A stretch of 64,000 nt of DNA from the NCBI GenBank assembly GCA_951406725.2, contig OX597831.1, forward strand, positions 62,124,001 to 62,188,000, read 5' to 3'. Numbering within the stretch: position 1 is the first letter of the stretch; each line of letters starts with the position of its first letter. The translations under genes were made by a program, and so were the position numbers. This document shows, piece by piece, positions 24,611 through 38,849 of the stretch. Below the pieces are notes generated by a model, which was not told where the DNA came from, did no database searches, and saw only the letters and a list, made by a program, of their open reading frames with translations. This DNA is from Octopus vulgaris (taxonomy: Eukaryota).

Positions 24611-26204
24611 TAGCTAGGCCGTTGACAATTCATTCAGTTTCTGTTTATCGTAATCGGTTAGTCCTTCTTCAATGAGATAGGGGTGTTCAGTATTCTCCCA
24701 TAACAAGTATTATGGTCATTTACCATTAGTACAGCGGGCAGCAGATAAACCAGATTGTTTGGGGTAGAAGGCATCAATCTAGTGTAAATAGAAATCCTTG
24801 ATACTGATAGCTAGGTAAGATAGGTTAGTGGCAACCAATGAGCCTTTACAAAAAGAATGTGCTGTTTGAGTGTTATTGAAAAGTCTTTCCTGAGCTATAG
24901 AGAGCGTTATATTTCAGGAATACTACAAAAGAAGAGGGAGTAATGGCTGAAACGTTAAGTATTATATTTGGCATCAAAGAAATTCTATATTGTATGCCGG
25001 AGCGTTGTAAAGTCATCATGAAAGTAGTTTTCAGTCTTCTATCATTCCATTAGATACCAGCATTCAGCTGTATGCAACAAATTTACTTTAATAATATTAT
25101 AGAAATTCTTTGACGTAAATGTTAATCTGAAGTAACTCGTAGAATCCCTGTCACACAATATATGGTTTTAGAAGAATATCTAAAAAATTTTAGAAACTCA
25201 CAAATAATATATATTTATAAATTCTATATTACAATTGATCAAACAGAATACATATTAAGAATAGCTGCCGCAACTGTAATATTTGTAAGTAAAATTGAAG
25301 TGGAGGAGAAAGTCAGAACAATGAAAGGTTTCCTTGCATTCTCTGGAACGATGAATACAATAAAAGAAATTAGTATTCCGTTATTTTAAAATGTGTTCAT
25401 GTGTAACGGATATAAATTACAGAACTATGTTGACAACACAAATATAGTAATAGCAACAAAAATAGCAATTATACTATTCACTGCTTTTATCATTTTCGAT
25501 ATCGTAAATGACATAAAAAGACGACTGCATATTTATTTGATATCATAATTGAACATAAATAGATGGATTAAATTAAAACTTATTTCATCTTCATTTTCAA
25601 TCGATAATACGTTAGAATATTACTTGCCAGTCGTATCCGAATTGTATTTCATAAAACTACAAAATATGACTTCCGTACAAAATATAACTTCCATTATATT
25701 TGTAGCTTTGTGAAGAATTACAATTTTGATAGGAATATTCTTATATAAAACCAGCATGAAATATTGAATCAAACCTTCAAATCAAAATCATATAATTAAT
25801 GTGAAAATAGAACGATTGAAGAAAAAAAAAACCACAGACATGAAAATATCTCTCAACTTTTGTGAAAATTTTCGAATAAATTCAGAATACTTCTTTGAAG
25901 CCCAATTCCTTATTTCATGTTTGAAGGAACTTAATGTACATATTTCCTGAAAAATAAGTACTCTTCTTCCTTTAAATTTAATATGAAGTAAACGCACGCA
26001 TATTGAGATTGGTTGATATAGAAAGCTAGGCATTTGCTGAAGCTCAGAAAACATTCAAAAGACTATTATATTTTAGAAGTTAGAACAAAATTAGATTTTT
26101 CTATATTCCTTTATGTATATAACAGCTTCTGTGATTTCGGCTATTGGTTCTACTATTTGCTTTGTCATGTTTAGTTGACGAATTATTTTTAAGTAGTAAC
26201 ACAT

Positions 26205-26330
26205 GTATCACGACTACCTCCACCACAACCATCACCACCAACAACAAAGCCACCAACCGCAACACAATCCCTAACGTTACCACCGCCACCACCACCACCG
26301 CCACAAACACAGCAGCAATTGCAGTAACAG
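26205..26330. repeat. (ACC/AAC)n low-complexity tract
   Basis: Seen directly. Confidence 0.8.
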
Positions 26331-26917
26331 CGCCGAAGAGAAGAGAATGCATTGGAACATCTTATTCCTTGCGCTGAATTAAGTAGCAGACAAAAACTAG
26401 ATCTATATGTGTGAAATTAAATACAAATTGTCTTCAACTCCGAGAGAGGGGAATAAGATTTATTTAGGGCTGAGATCGCAAAAGCAGTTACACGTAATTT
26501 ACTATTTCCGTTCCTCAGGTGTAGGCAAATAGTGCATAAATGCAGAACCTGAAATAATATACTTCAGCCAGAGAATTGAGATGGTTAACAAATGTAGATA
26601 TTTCAACAGATCTCTTTCAATATATAATAATCAAACAAGGAAATGTGATGAAGTTAGATTCCGGTATTGTTTTAAAGACTAACTCTGTATTTTATCACAT
26701 TATTACGCTTTACGTTTTCACCGGACTACCATTTACAAAGTGTTGAACGGTATCAGTATATCGTCAACATATTAGGATCAAGAAACCCATTTTTATTTTC
26801 CTCTTAACTGTCATGTTGCCTGTGACAGGTATTCATTTTGCAAGGCTGAAGCTTAAGCTGTTATACGGTGCCTTGAGAACCAATGACAATAGCACAACAT
26901 CCCACAATATTTGAATG

Positions 26918-28143
26918 GTTCGTCTCAAAGGTGCACTACTCTTTCTTTCATCTGAAAAGTTCTTTGTAACAAAGTGTTTGCGCTTATAAGTAGTGGAGAT
27001 GATATCATCACACAAACCTTTCGCTCTTGATCCATAATGTGCAGCTATGTCATTTGAGTGTTCTCGTTGTTTTCCAACAAACAACAGCAATACGAATATA
27101 AAAAGAGCATGAAAATAAATCGTAGCCAGGGACTTGTAATTTCTTAGTGGTTTTGTTGAAATCCTAATAGCAGCGAATGGTACCATTGGGTGAATTCTTG
27201 AAAATGTGTCCATGCAATGAAACACTCTCTACCGGATAATAACACTGGATAACAAATTTTATATACCCCAGTGTAAGAATTGGGGAGTATCTATATACGT
27301 GTTTGCAGCATTGCAGTCTAATGACAGAAAATATAACAAAGACCAGAGTTTGAAATAGTTTGTGATGTATATTTTCAAAACAATTCTTTTTCTGATTTTC
27401 TAGCTATAATTTTACGTAAAAGTTTTGTCATATAAGAACCTTTCAACACCATTTTCTAAAGACAAGCTGGAAATGGAATTTAATCGCTCCCAGTTAGTTC
27501 AGATGGAAATTGATTCTGTATAAATGGTAGCTTTGAGAAATCACTTTACGTTTCAAAGCTCGTTCTAGGTTTATGTACAGCTTAAGTGCACTAGTAATAT
27601 TTAGGAACATTTGAATTATGTGTTTAATTTGAAGAATGCTGTTGCATTGCACTTTCGTTGATGCGTTTCGTTCTGCATTCTGGGATTTACTAAGTCGCAA
27701 ATATTATCTCAACTGATAACACTCATTTGCTAATTTGTGGTCAATATCACCTTTGAAACATGATTTGTTTAATATTGGCACCAATTCTGAGAGACACTTG
27801 GATGTTTTCGCAATCTTATCACATGGATCAATTCTCTAAGGTAATTTCATTACCATGCACTCATAGATTTGATTCAGAACGTCTATAATAAACTTCTCAG
27901 TTCGTCTCAAATGTGCACTACTATTTCTTTCATCTGAAAAGTTCTTTGTAACAAAGTGTTTGCGCTTATAAGTAGTGGAGATGATATCATCACACAAACC
28001 TTTCGCTCTTGATCCATAATGTGCAGCTATGTCATTTGAATGTTCACGTTGTTTTCCAACAAACAACAGCAATGCCAATAGTAAAAGAACATCAAAATAA
28101 ATCGTAGCCAGGGAATTGTAATTTTTTAGTGGTTTTGTTGAAA
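26918..28143. repeat. 244-bp direct duplication (26918-27161 and 27900-28143) of an internal hAT transposase fragment
   Basis: gttcgtctcaaa...ggttttgttgaaa occurs in both copies; the matching ORF peptides SRAKGLCDDIISTTYKRKHFVTKNFSDER confirm it. Confidence 0.92.
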
Positions 28144-28183
28144 ACAACACATTTTCCCAAACGACCTTCTCACTTTAATGGTT

Positions 28184-28250
<67 letters not shown>

Positions 28251-29200
28251 TTGCATCATGGTTACATTCATGTATTTTTGAGTCTCCGAAAATATGTTTG
28301 AGATTCTGTTAAATATTGATATATCCGTTTTGAATTCCCCACGGATTCTTCAAAGCGCGTAGAATAGGATATCTGGTTACATTTAATTCCTTCAGAGAAA
28401 ATCTAGCGTGTTCCGTGTTTTGAAACCCCCATATTCGAGGAGATCAACAACATAAAATATACAACTTCAGCAAAATGCCCAAATTTTCAAATCTAAGCAC
28501 AGTGGATACTGCCTTTTCCCAATGTCGATTAAATGATTTGGTCATGGTATATAATCATTATACCTGTTTATGTGTTTAAAGATGGCTGGTAGACCATTTT
28601 CCTAGCACTTACTCTTATCCAAGCATATGTTTAAACGAATTCGCACTTTTAATCATGACCTGAGTGTTGATGACCAAGGTCAGAGACGAGTGATTTTCTA
28701 TTGGTAAAATTGTAAAGGTCTCAAGTAAAGGTTTCTATATTATAAGATTCGGGCCACAACAATTCACCAGTGTGTTTCAGGTTGGCCGTAAAACGAACAA
28801 TGCGAGAGTATCCTTTGTAGCCTTGATTTCCAATTTTATAATCCACGTAGTTTACCATTATTCCTCTTCATACTGCTTTGGATGAATAAATAGTATTAGC
28901 TGCCCCAGGTTTGCATCCTACGTACCGTTCCGGCAAAAATGCTTCTAAAGCTTTAGTAAATTCCATTCTCCACATGTACAGTGAATACTAACTTCCTTTC
29001 GCGTAAGTATTTGACATAGCTGGAACATTTTTGAGTACTGCAAAGGCGTGACATATGAACTTTTTGCATCTGCTTTTCGATTTCCAGAAACTTGGGTCTC
29101 ATCACGGCCAAACAATTTTCGAATCAACACAGTGGAGCCAGTGATAGCGCAAAAACCCAACAGCGATTACAAAGCTAAATAATGTTCTGCTAGCAACTAA
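27380..29200 (-). pseudogene. Decayed hAT-superfamily transposase (Tip100/ZMYM-like)
   Basis: Minus-strand fragments LETFTILPIENH, NGLPAIFKHINRYNDYIP*PNH (cf. YIPCxxH) and C-terminal dimerisation-like MFLNITSALKLY...DFSKLPFIQNQF...ERLNSISSLSLEN...ARKS. Many stops and frameshifts. Confidence 0.72.
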
Positions 29201-30379
29201 GTCTATGATCAAATTCAAAACTACAAAACAATAGTTACTTACACAACAGAAGAAGCGCATTGGAACACTCTTCGAGTATTCTGAGAAAGGTAATTGTCTT
29301 ACAGGCTTTGGTTTATGATTTTCTTTTTATGCAACCTACTTAAATCACAAGTTAAAATATTTCGGCAATTTATCAATTTTTAGCTAAGACATTGCATTCA
29401 CCACTACAACGAGAAACCAGTGTGTGCAATTTGGCTGCAAACTCACTTGCAAAAATGTAAGAATATAGACGTTATGTATCATATTTATAGTTCCCACTAT
29501 AATATTAATATTTTAAGGAGAAATTGTAACTCCAGAGACCGGGACAGTTTTGTCACTCATCTTAAATTACAACGGAAAGAACTTATGTCTCTGCAAAGTG
29601 CAAATAAAGTTACACCTTCAAAAATGTCATATTTAATACTGCATACTGGTGATATCAGGCGCACAGCCTATTGCTGGTGCTAAGGAATCGGTATCAAATA
29701 TTTGGGCGTTGGTAACAACTGAATGGTGGAATTTCAGAAGAAACACACTTTTGTGATTTTTTAAAAAGGATTACTTCCTCTTCAAAACATCAGAACTTCA
29801 TAATATTTAATTATTAGTATCTCACAGGTGACATAAAGAGAAAAAAGTAAAATGAAATGAAGAGTTTAAAATTCGAATTACAAATAAAACATTATAATTT
29901 GAATTTAATGCAACAAATTACTACCTCAAACAAATTTGAAAACGATTTACAGAAAAACAAACAATTCTGAATTAGTATTCATTTTCAAAAAAAAATTTCA
30001 AGAAAATAAAGTATCTTTAGTGATTTTTGTTTATAGAAATCATGTCCGGGGGAAAAACAGTTGTCTAGCCATTATGGAAAATAATAGAAAGCATCTTATT
30101 TTTACCATTAATATAAGTGGAAACAATATTTAGCTAAATGACCATACTTTGATGTCAAATACAATAATGATTCGAGCATTGAACCAAGTAACATACTTAT
30201 GTATGCATGCGTGTATGCATGCAGACCTGTATGTGTATCTATAAATATGTAAATACGTATGTATTTTTTAAACTAAACCTACCAATGAATGAATGTGAAC
30301 AAAACTTAAAAATTCAAAGTATAATTTGTAAACAATTAATATTTATAATAATAAAAATGAGCATAACAAAACATGAACA

Positions 30380-30795
<416 letters not shown>

Positions 30796-32450
30796 ACATT
30801 CGTTGGTTCACAGAAATAGAGCTCGAAGCTACCAAAAGACGGGTATTGGAAAACAGCAGGAGAGAAAAATATGAAAATACAGTTTCTACTGATAAAAGTA
30901 ATCTCATAGCAGAAAACAGAGGAGAAATCTCTAAAAACCGACAGAAAAGAAACAGTGATAGCTTGCTCGATGAGAGAAACATACATGGTTTGGAATAAGA
31001 TAAAACTAAGGGTGACATGACAGATGGGCAATAGCTAATCTACGACAAAGTAAAGGCAAGGCTGCACGAGAACGATAGCGACATTACTGGCAACCTTAAA
31101 AAGGTTGAACCGAGAAACGAAAAATGAGAATGAAATTCTGAAAAACGTCGGAACAAAGAACATCACAGAAACAAACAATTTGATCAAGTTAGCGAGTATT
31201 GTTCTAGCGGAAAATGTGGGTGTTGATATCAAGAAAAAGAAATATAATGGGAGTGACAAGGAAAAGACCCATGTTGGAAAAGAAGAATACAGGCTCTTGA
31301 AGGACATTTCTGTGATAGACCGATAAGAGAAGGGTGCGCTTAAAAGCAAACATAAATACAGGAAACTGAACAGGACGCATGATAATGAAAGAAAGGGCTT
31401 GAAAATGGTAATGCAAGAATTGAAACAGTTGCAAAGAAAGCAATGATAGTACGATACGACCAAAGAATGAAGGGATACCGGCAGAATAGTTTATTGAGAG
31501 TAGATCAGAAGAGATTCTACAACGAAATAAATGGAGAGTGTACAAATGAAAAGTTGATACTAGATAACATTGAAAGCTAAACGTTTTGGAGTGCATCTGG
31601 AGCAAAGAAAAGGAGCACAACATGAATGCTGAATTGTTGAAATAACTGAAACAAACAGTTGATTGCCCACAACAGGCAGAACTAGTCCTTTCAGTTATGG
31701 AAGTGAACGAAATAAGCAAAAACAATGGGCAACTGGAAGGCTCCGGAACCAGGCTAATGGATCAAAAGATTTGGTGAACGTCATGCACGAACAGCAGCAC
31801 AACTCAACACCTCTGTGAAACTCCGACCAGTAACACCAAAGTGGTTGAAAGTGGGTAGGGCAGTGCTGTTCTTGAAAAGCATCGAAAAAGGCAATACGAT
31901 AGACAATTACAGGCCGATATGCTGCTTGCCACTTATGAGGAAATTATTGACTGGAATAGACGGAAAGTCAATGTATGGACATCTGGAGTCCTACCACATG
32001 AGCAGAAGGGTTGCAAACGTAAGTGCAGAAATACCAAGGATCAACTCCTGGTAGACAAAACTGTACTTAGAGAATGCAAAAGGAGGAAAACTAACTTAGC
32101 CATGTCATGGATCAATTATAGTAAAGCATAGGACATAATCCCACATCCTTGGATTATGGAATGTATGAGCTTACATGGTACTGCATCGAATTTTGAGTGA
32201 TTGCTTGATAAACGTAGGACGAATTGGAGAACAGAACCGACAGCATATTGAAGAAATTTAAGGACACTAGAAATCAAGAGAATTATCTTCCAAGGGGATT
32301 GCCTGTCCCCACTAATCTTTGTACTGTGCATGATGACACTGCGACTGATTCTGAGGAAAGCAAATGTTGGGCATATATTCAAAAGCCACCAACAAATAGT
32401 CAACCACTTGTTATTCATGGATGACTTTAGAATGATTAAAACAGAAAATA
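30796..32450 (+). mobile_element. Decayed R4/Dong-clade non-LTR retrotransposon, RT region, truncated at both ends
   Basis: Peptides [78 protein letters not shown] and NHLLFMDD. It abuts (AAT)n, the known Dong target. Confidence 0.88.
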
Positions 32451-32885
32451 GGTGGATAAAGAAAAGAATGCATATATATATATACACACACACATACATA
32501 ATGAGAGAGAGGGAGTTGAAAGGCATTTATAGGGAGATTTAAAATAGGAAGAGGAGCAGGTGAATAGGTGTATTTGCGTCTTTGCGTGTTTAGTAGATGT
32601 GTTTATGCAAGGAAAGTGTGTATGTGGGACAGTGGGTGCTGGCACAAGAGAGAAATTGAAAGGAAAGGTGATAGGATTGATAGCCTGAGTTGGATGGGAA
32701 TTAATGTGTTTCAGTTTGAAATGTTTTATGTTTAAGAAAATTAAAAGGAAACTAGAAAGAGGGAGTATGTGGGATTTCAAGAAGAGCAGAATAGCTGATT
32801 GCATATGAGTGTCAGTGTATTTGTATATACATATACAAACCTTATGTTTTACATACACACGAACGCATAACACACACATATACAC

Positions 32886-32930
<45 letters not shown>

Positions 32931-33532
32931 CCTTATGTTTATATATACGTATGTGTTTGTATCTATATATTTATATATATATGCATATATACTTTATGTG
33001 TCTATGAAGAGAGAGAGAGGACAACGAGAGGGAGGGAAAGAAAAGGAAGGAGAGAAAGAGAGAGAGAGAGAGTTTTAAAACTTTTAAGTCTTAAAATATG
33101 GATCATAATTCGTTTGTACCTTCTTGACTACTTAAGAAGACAGCTTGATGATATTTGCCTGGAGTCAAGTATGAATCGATACAGTAAAATAACATTGTAA
33201 ATGAAGATTAGATTGATAAGTATGTTTGAAGCATATATTTATTCGGCTTTAAAACAATCACAGCGCACTACAAAGAGAATTCCTTCAGTTCTTGATTGTT
33301 TTGAAAGAGATGGTATCAATCCGCAAGGTATATGAATAGATATTAATAGTAAATTTCTAGTTCATTGACGTGTGAGATCTGACCTCGAATATTTCATAGT
33401 GGGAAAATGATTAAATGTAGGAAACTGTCAGCAGAATTGTTTGACTTTATATATCCATATGTGCGTGGGTGAGTGTATATTGAAAGAGAGAGGGAGAGAG
33501 AGACATGGGAGAAAGAGAAAGAGAGATACATG

Positions 33533-33577
<45 letters not shown>

Positions 33578-33747
33578 GTACATATATCTATCTCCCCATA
33601 TACACACAATATATATATATATATATATATACTATGTTTAAAGCATATGCAAGTTATAAGCATTCAGGAATAATGTTTGGTATATGAATAGACAACTGAA
33701 GTGCAAAAATAGCTAGTAAATTTTATACATCAATGATTAATAGCGTA

Positions 33748-34631
33748 CGATTCGGATCAATAAATATCAGGACTGTTGCCATAGTAACGAAGCTAAAACA
33801 CGCTGAGTTAAGCTGCTTGGAAAAAGCACACTTAAACGTGTATGCGCACTAAGTTTTAACGTCCTAACTCACTTCTGCTGTTTACACCAGTACTTCGAAG
33901 GAAGGTGCGTATCGTGTGATCGTCGCATTGCCATTACTGAGACTGTTGTCATGGTGATACCTGCTCAGAGGCCTAAGCAAATTTGCAGAAAACGTATGGA
34001 GAAGAATGCATGGGCCGCACACAACTGCATGAGTGGTTCAGGCGTTTCCAAGATTACTGAAAAAATGTCGATATTGTTGGACGTTCTGGGAGACCTGCAA
34101 CTAGTAACACTGAGAAAGACATCGCATATGTGCGTGGAGCTGTGAGGCGAAATCGTCGAATCACCGTCTGTGAGTTATCAGAGGATGTGCAGATTAGTTA
34201 CAGTTTAGTTCAGTCCATTATCACTGAAGATTTGGGTACGAAACGCGTGACTACCCAATTTGTGCCAAAACTGCTTTCAACTAAACGGAAAGACATTTGA
34301 GTTTCAGATGCACAAGATCTCCTTGATTGTGTCAATAATGGCGAAAACCTCTTAAAAACTTTGTGTAGGCGTCTAGGCAGGTATCACCAAGCTTTTGGCA
34401 AAATTTGATGCAGATTCTCTACTCAACTCACTCTGTCATGGTTAATGCGACGATCACACTCTACACACCTTCATTCCAAGCACTGCTGTAAACCATGAAA
34501 TTGAACTTAAATTGAAACCTAATGCGCATGCACAGAAGAGTTCAAGGTAAATCTGTGGCAAGCGGCTCTACACTGCGTGCTTTAGATTCGTTATTATGAC
34601 AATAGTCCAGATACTTATTGATCAGACCAGG
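33748..34631 (+). mobile_element. Internally deleted mariner DNA transposon
   Basis: Degenerate TIRs atcaataaatatcaggactgttgccatagtaacgaa and ttcgttattatgacaatagtccagatacttattgat with TA flanks. Transposase N-terminus HEWFRRFQ...GRPATS...NRRITVCELSEDVQIS...IITEDLG...FVPKLLS. Confidence 0.85.
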
Positions 34632-35896
34632 TATATCCTAGAAATGCAGTAAAAATAGGCCTGAAATTTTAGGTGAATAGGTAAGTCGACCGATGGCACA
34701 TTACAGAGATGAGGGCCTGCTGACACTGCTAGCATGGGTGGCTCGACACCACCCTGTGGATGCAAGGACGCGCTGCACTAGCGCTTACTCGAATACATGG
34801 TAATTTATTTGATTATTTAATGATTTACTTTCAGCTAGAAATGACATCTCCCGTCCGTTATTTTATACTTGAGAGGCAAGTATATGATTTCACACTCTTT
34901 TTACTATAGCCTTGACAAATGATTTCCCGTCACTGAGAGGGGTGTAACAGAACAGCTCAATGGTTGTTGCAGTCACGCCGCTCACATTCACCTCTGCAGA
35001 GAGGAATAGTTATGCCATTCTAGCAGTCCTTGCTGCTAATTGACCAGATGATCTGCCACAATACCGAGGTTTCAAGAAGCCCACCTTTCTTTAACATTAC
35101 ACTATGGGTACCACAGATGTCACAGACACCAGCTGCATTAAGCCTATTAATCAACGTAGCAACCTCGTCTACGGACGAAACGTCACAGCTAACCAGCAGT
35201 CTGGCCGCCTATGCCGAAAGTATTCTTCAAAAAACTATTAAGTCGATCTACTTTATATAACTGATTATAGTGAGATGGCTAGTGAACTAACAGCCTGTGC
35301 AATTTTCTCTATGTTCAACATGTCTGAAGACATGTCTGCTGGTGATACGATCACTGGATTTACACAGTTGCGAATTTTAGCAAGCTATCCGCTATATCCT
35401 CACAGACGTCACATACTATTGCTGTACGTAATGTGCAATGCTGCAATAAGTTGACCAACATCTTAAGTTTTAGCTCAATTATCGTTCATCCGGTCACACG
35501 CTCCTAATACACCTATATCCTGAAGAATTAGCAACTTCAACAAATCAACCTTATTTTAAATGATAACAATTTGTGACATACTTTCTGGCAACTATATTAA
35601 AATATATATCGATTACTGAAACACTGGTCGGGCGCGAGACATCTACGGCATAGTTCCCTTACCTACTTTCACAAATTATAAGCTTGCGAAAATATTAGTG
35701 TCAGTTAATGTAAATAATATAAATTAATATAAATAAATCTCCTTAAAGCTTCGAAGTACATTTCCAAATTAATTTTTCTATATGTCTAGTCGTGTGAAAA
35801 GGCACTTATTTTACTGAATGTATAGCAGCATCTACACTTGCATACACGCACGCAAATATACGCAAACATATATATATATACATGCATATATATGTA

Positions 35897-35958
<62 letters not shown>

Positions 35959-36405
35959 CACATACAACATGTGTATGCAGAAAAATGCTAGCGTATATTT
36001 CATATCTGTTCACGGTGTGCAGAGAGAAAGGATACAAATTTAGAAAGAGATATATAAATGTGAATGGTTATTGGCCTTCTGGCTAGATCTTAGTCGATAA
36101 AATACCTACTGCATCGGCCTTTATAATGGCAACACTGAGCAGACACAAATGTGTGTCATGTCACGTAAACTCTGTCCTCTACGACAGCTATGGAGGTAAA
36201 AGAATCTAATTAAGAGGCATTATATGTTTTTCATAGAAACTAAATATTACTTCGGGAACATTACCCAAATCCTTTGTGTGGGCTCCGCTGCCAATATATA
36301 GCTTAGAGGTACAGGCATTCCTACCTCACACAGAGACCATATGTATGCATACACACACACACACACATATATATGAATGTATGTATATACATATATATAT
36401 ATATT

Positions 36406-36449
<44 letters not shown>

Positions 36450-36954
36450 CAGGTACTTATATATATATTTGTGCATGTTATAAATGTTGAAAACACATAT
36501 TTATGTATGTACGCATGAATGAACGCATCTATGTAAATACAGATAGTCAGAAAGACGTTGTCTGTCACGCCTTCATATTTCATTCCTATACAGATAGTCA
36601 CTCGCGGCAAGTCACTCACTCATACGTTAACAAAACTCAGTTAAACTTAGATATTTTAACAGATTCATCCAAATTATTGTTCTTTTTATATTAGTTCTTT
36701 TTATACTTCAATATCTTTTTGTCTTTACCAAACTTTGTGCCATGTATTAATCTTGAAATTATTAATGTACAGATAATGGTTAAGAAAAAATCCAGAATAT
36801 TGCTGAAATGTTATTTACTGATACAAATTAACCCAATGATTTCAATACGATGCTAGATACGTAAAAAAAATATTTCATTACGTCTCAATAAAAAATCGAA
36901 CTTTAAAAGCCACACACATATACTTACCGTGTACATACATATGTGTATGTGTGA

Positions 36955-38250
36955 AAGGGTCTGTATTAATATATATAGCTTGCGATGTGTAAATTGTCAC
37001 CATTTCATATTTTTAATTTCACGCGTACGCATTGTTTGTTTTCCATTTCGTCCACTACACAGCATAATAGGATCAGTGGGGCACCATCTGCGAGAAAAAC
37101 CACCCTGACGCTATTCGCTCTGCCAGAAATTTGAAAACGACATGTAATGCTTGGCATTTGCGATGGAAGCTCCAATATAAGCATTTCAGAGTGTTTGGGT
37201 GTCAATCTGAGAACGGTGCAGAAGATTCAGGAAGAGGTGGCTGGGTCTAATCGTGGTACGGCAACTCGGAAAACACACTCTGATCGTTCTGATGAGAAAA
37301 TAACTCTTGAATTTGTTGATGGGATCCAGGCCGTGATTGGGAACGATCCGTCCAAGACAATCAGGTTCATCGCTAGTGACATGGAAGTGTCTGAGTTTGT
37401 TATCAAGCAGGTAGTACATGAAGACATTCGGTATTCCTCATACAAGATGAGAAAGGACTAATTTTTATCACAGGCCATCAAGGGATACAGGGAAGACTGC
37501 GTTACGAAGCTTTTGAACAAGCTCAAGAGTCCCCTCAAACTGCAAATGCTTTGGCCTTTCTCAGACCTGAGAAATATCTGCCAGGCTCTGATGGTGAACG
37601 CACAGAACAACCGCTGGTTTACTGTGCCCAAAAACACGTACCAAGAGTGACAAAAATCACACATTCAGTCAACATCATGGTGTTTGGAGTGATCACTAGT
37701 GAGGGCAACGTTATTTCTCCATTAATCTTTCCACTCGAACTCAGACTCAACACGGAGGCCTATATCAACAGCCTGAAGGAGGTAGTGCGGGCCTGAGTCA
37801 AGAGGGTGGCTGCTGGAAGACCCTATATCTGTCAATAGGACTCTGCACCATGTCACACAAGCAGAAGAATCCAATCATGGTCGTTAGACAATTTATGCTA
37901 CTACATCACCCCGAACATCTGGCCACCTAACTCGCCTTGGTTAGTATGTGTGGGGCGCAGTTGAACGGATACCAACAAAACACCTTGCTGCCCCAAGGAT
38001 AGACAGAACGTAAGGATTATGACAGCATTCCCAAGCTTAAGCAAGAAAATCCACCGCAGGAGTTGCAGGAGATTCCGAAGTCTTCTGGAGGCCGTTGTTG
38101 AACCTAATAGCAATTTTATTGAATAAATTTACTCTTTCGTAGTTAAAGATATTTTTATGTAAGTTTGGTAAAAAATAACTGTTAAAATGAGATGTCAGTG
38201 TTATTTTCACTTCTGCGTAATTTAGATGTCAATTTATTTACCACACCCTT
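36955..38250 (+). mobile_element. Decayed Tc1/mariner element, probably DD37D (maT)-type
   Basis: Peptides LGVNLRTVQKI...NDPSKTIRFIASDM...VHEDIRYSSYK, WPFSD, IMVFGVITSEG and Q*DSAPCHTSRRIQSW...WPPNSP, with the third-D region deleted. Right TIR gtcaatttatttaccacaccct. Confidence 0.85.
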
Positions 38251-38849
38251 TATTTTGCTCTTATTGGAGCAGTCGATACAACATAACTTGGGATCATAGA
38301 CCTGGTTGGTCTATGTTCATTCAAATCACTTAGGAACTCTATACGATCGATCTTTTTCTGTTATTTTTGTCCTTTTTCTCTTGAGAAAAGGCGTGAAGAG
38401 AGTGATGACAAAGCAACCGCTATCCCGAAAAACATTTGTTCTTGTGTCCCTGCATAGTACTCTCGAACAATACGCTCCATTTTGCACGCGCAAATTTAAG
38501 AATATGGTTTCATTTCAATATTGAAAGCCTTACTGAAAATTAGAATAATGCTTCTTTTAAAGTTAAAAATGTTTTACATATTTAAATATAAACTCGAATT
38601 CTAATGGAATTTAAATGGCAATTATCTACATTGGACGTTTTGTGAGACGTAAGAGAGAAATCATATATAATTTACAGCGATCGACTATTTTCTTTCTCTT
38701 TGCCTTATTCTTACATACTATTTTATTCTCACTTTCGGGAAACTTTCTCTTTCACAAACTTCGCTCATTCTCTGAGTTGAAGGTAGCAGACGAAATAAGG
38801 CGAAAATAAAGTGATTTACCCAATAACTTTATTCATAATTAATAATAAG

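Noticed and set aside
26101-26377. Thr-rich mucin-like or hydrophobic ORFs
   Set aside because: They derive from an (ACC)n low-complexity tract and have no splice or domain support.
34700-35560. GC-richer segment; possible host exons or Gypsy gag relic (PPFF..LW), with a similar hint at 52250-52750
   Set aside because: The apparent intron is only ~35 nt, there is no sustained frame, and the motif similarity is marginal.
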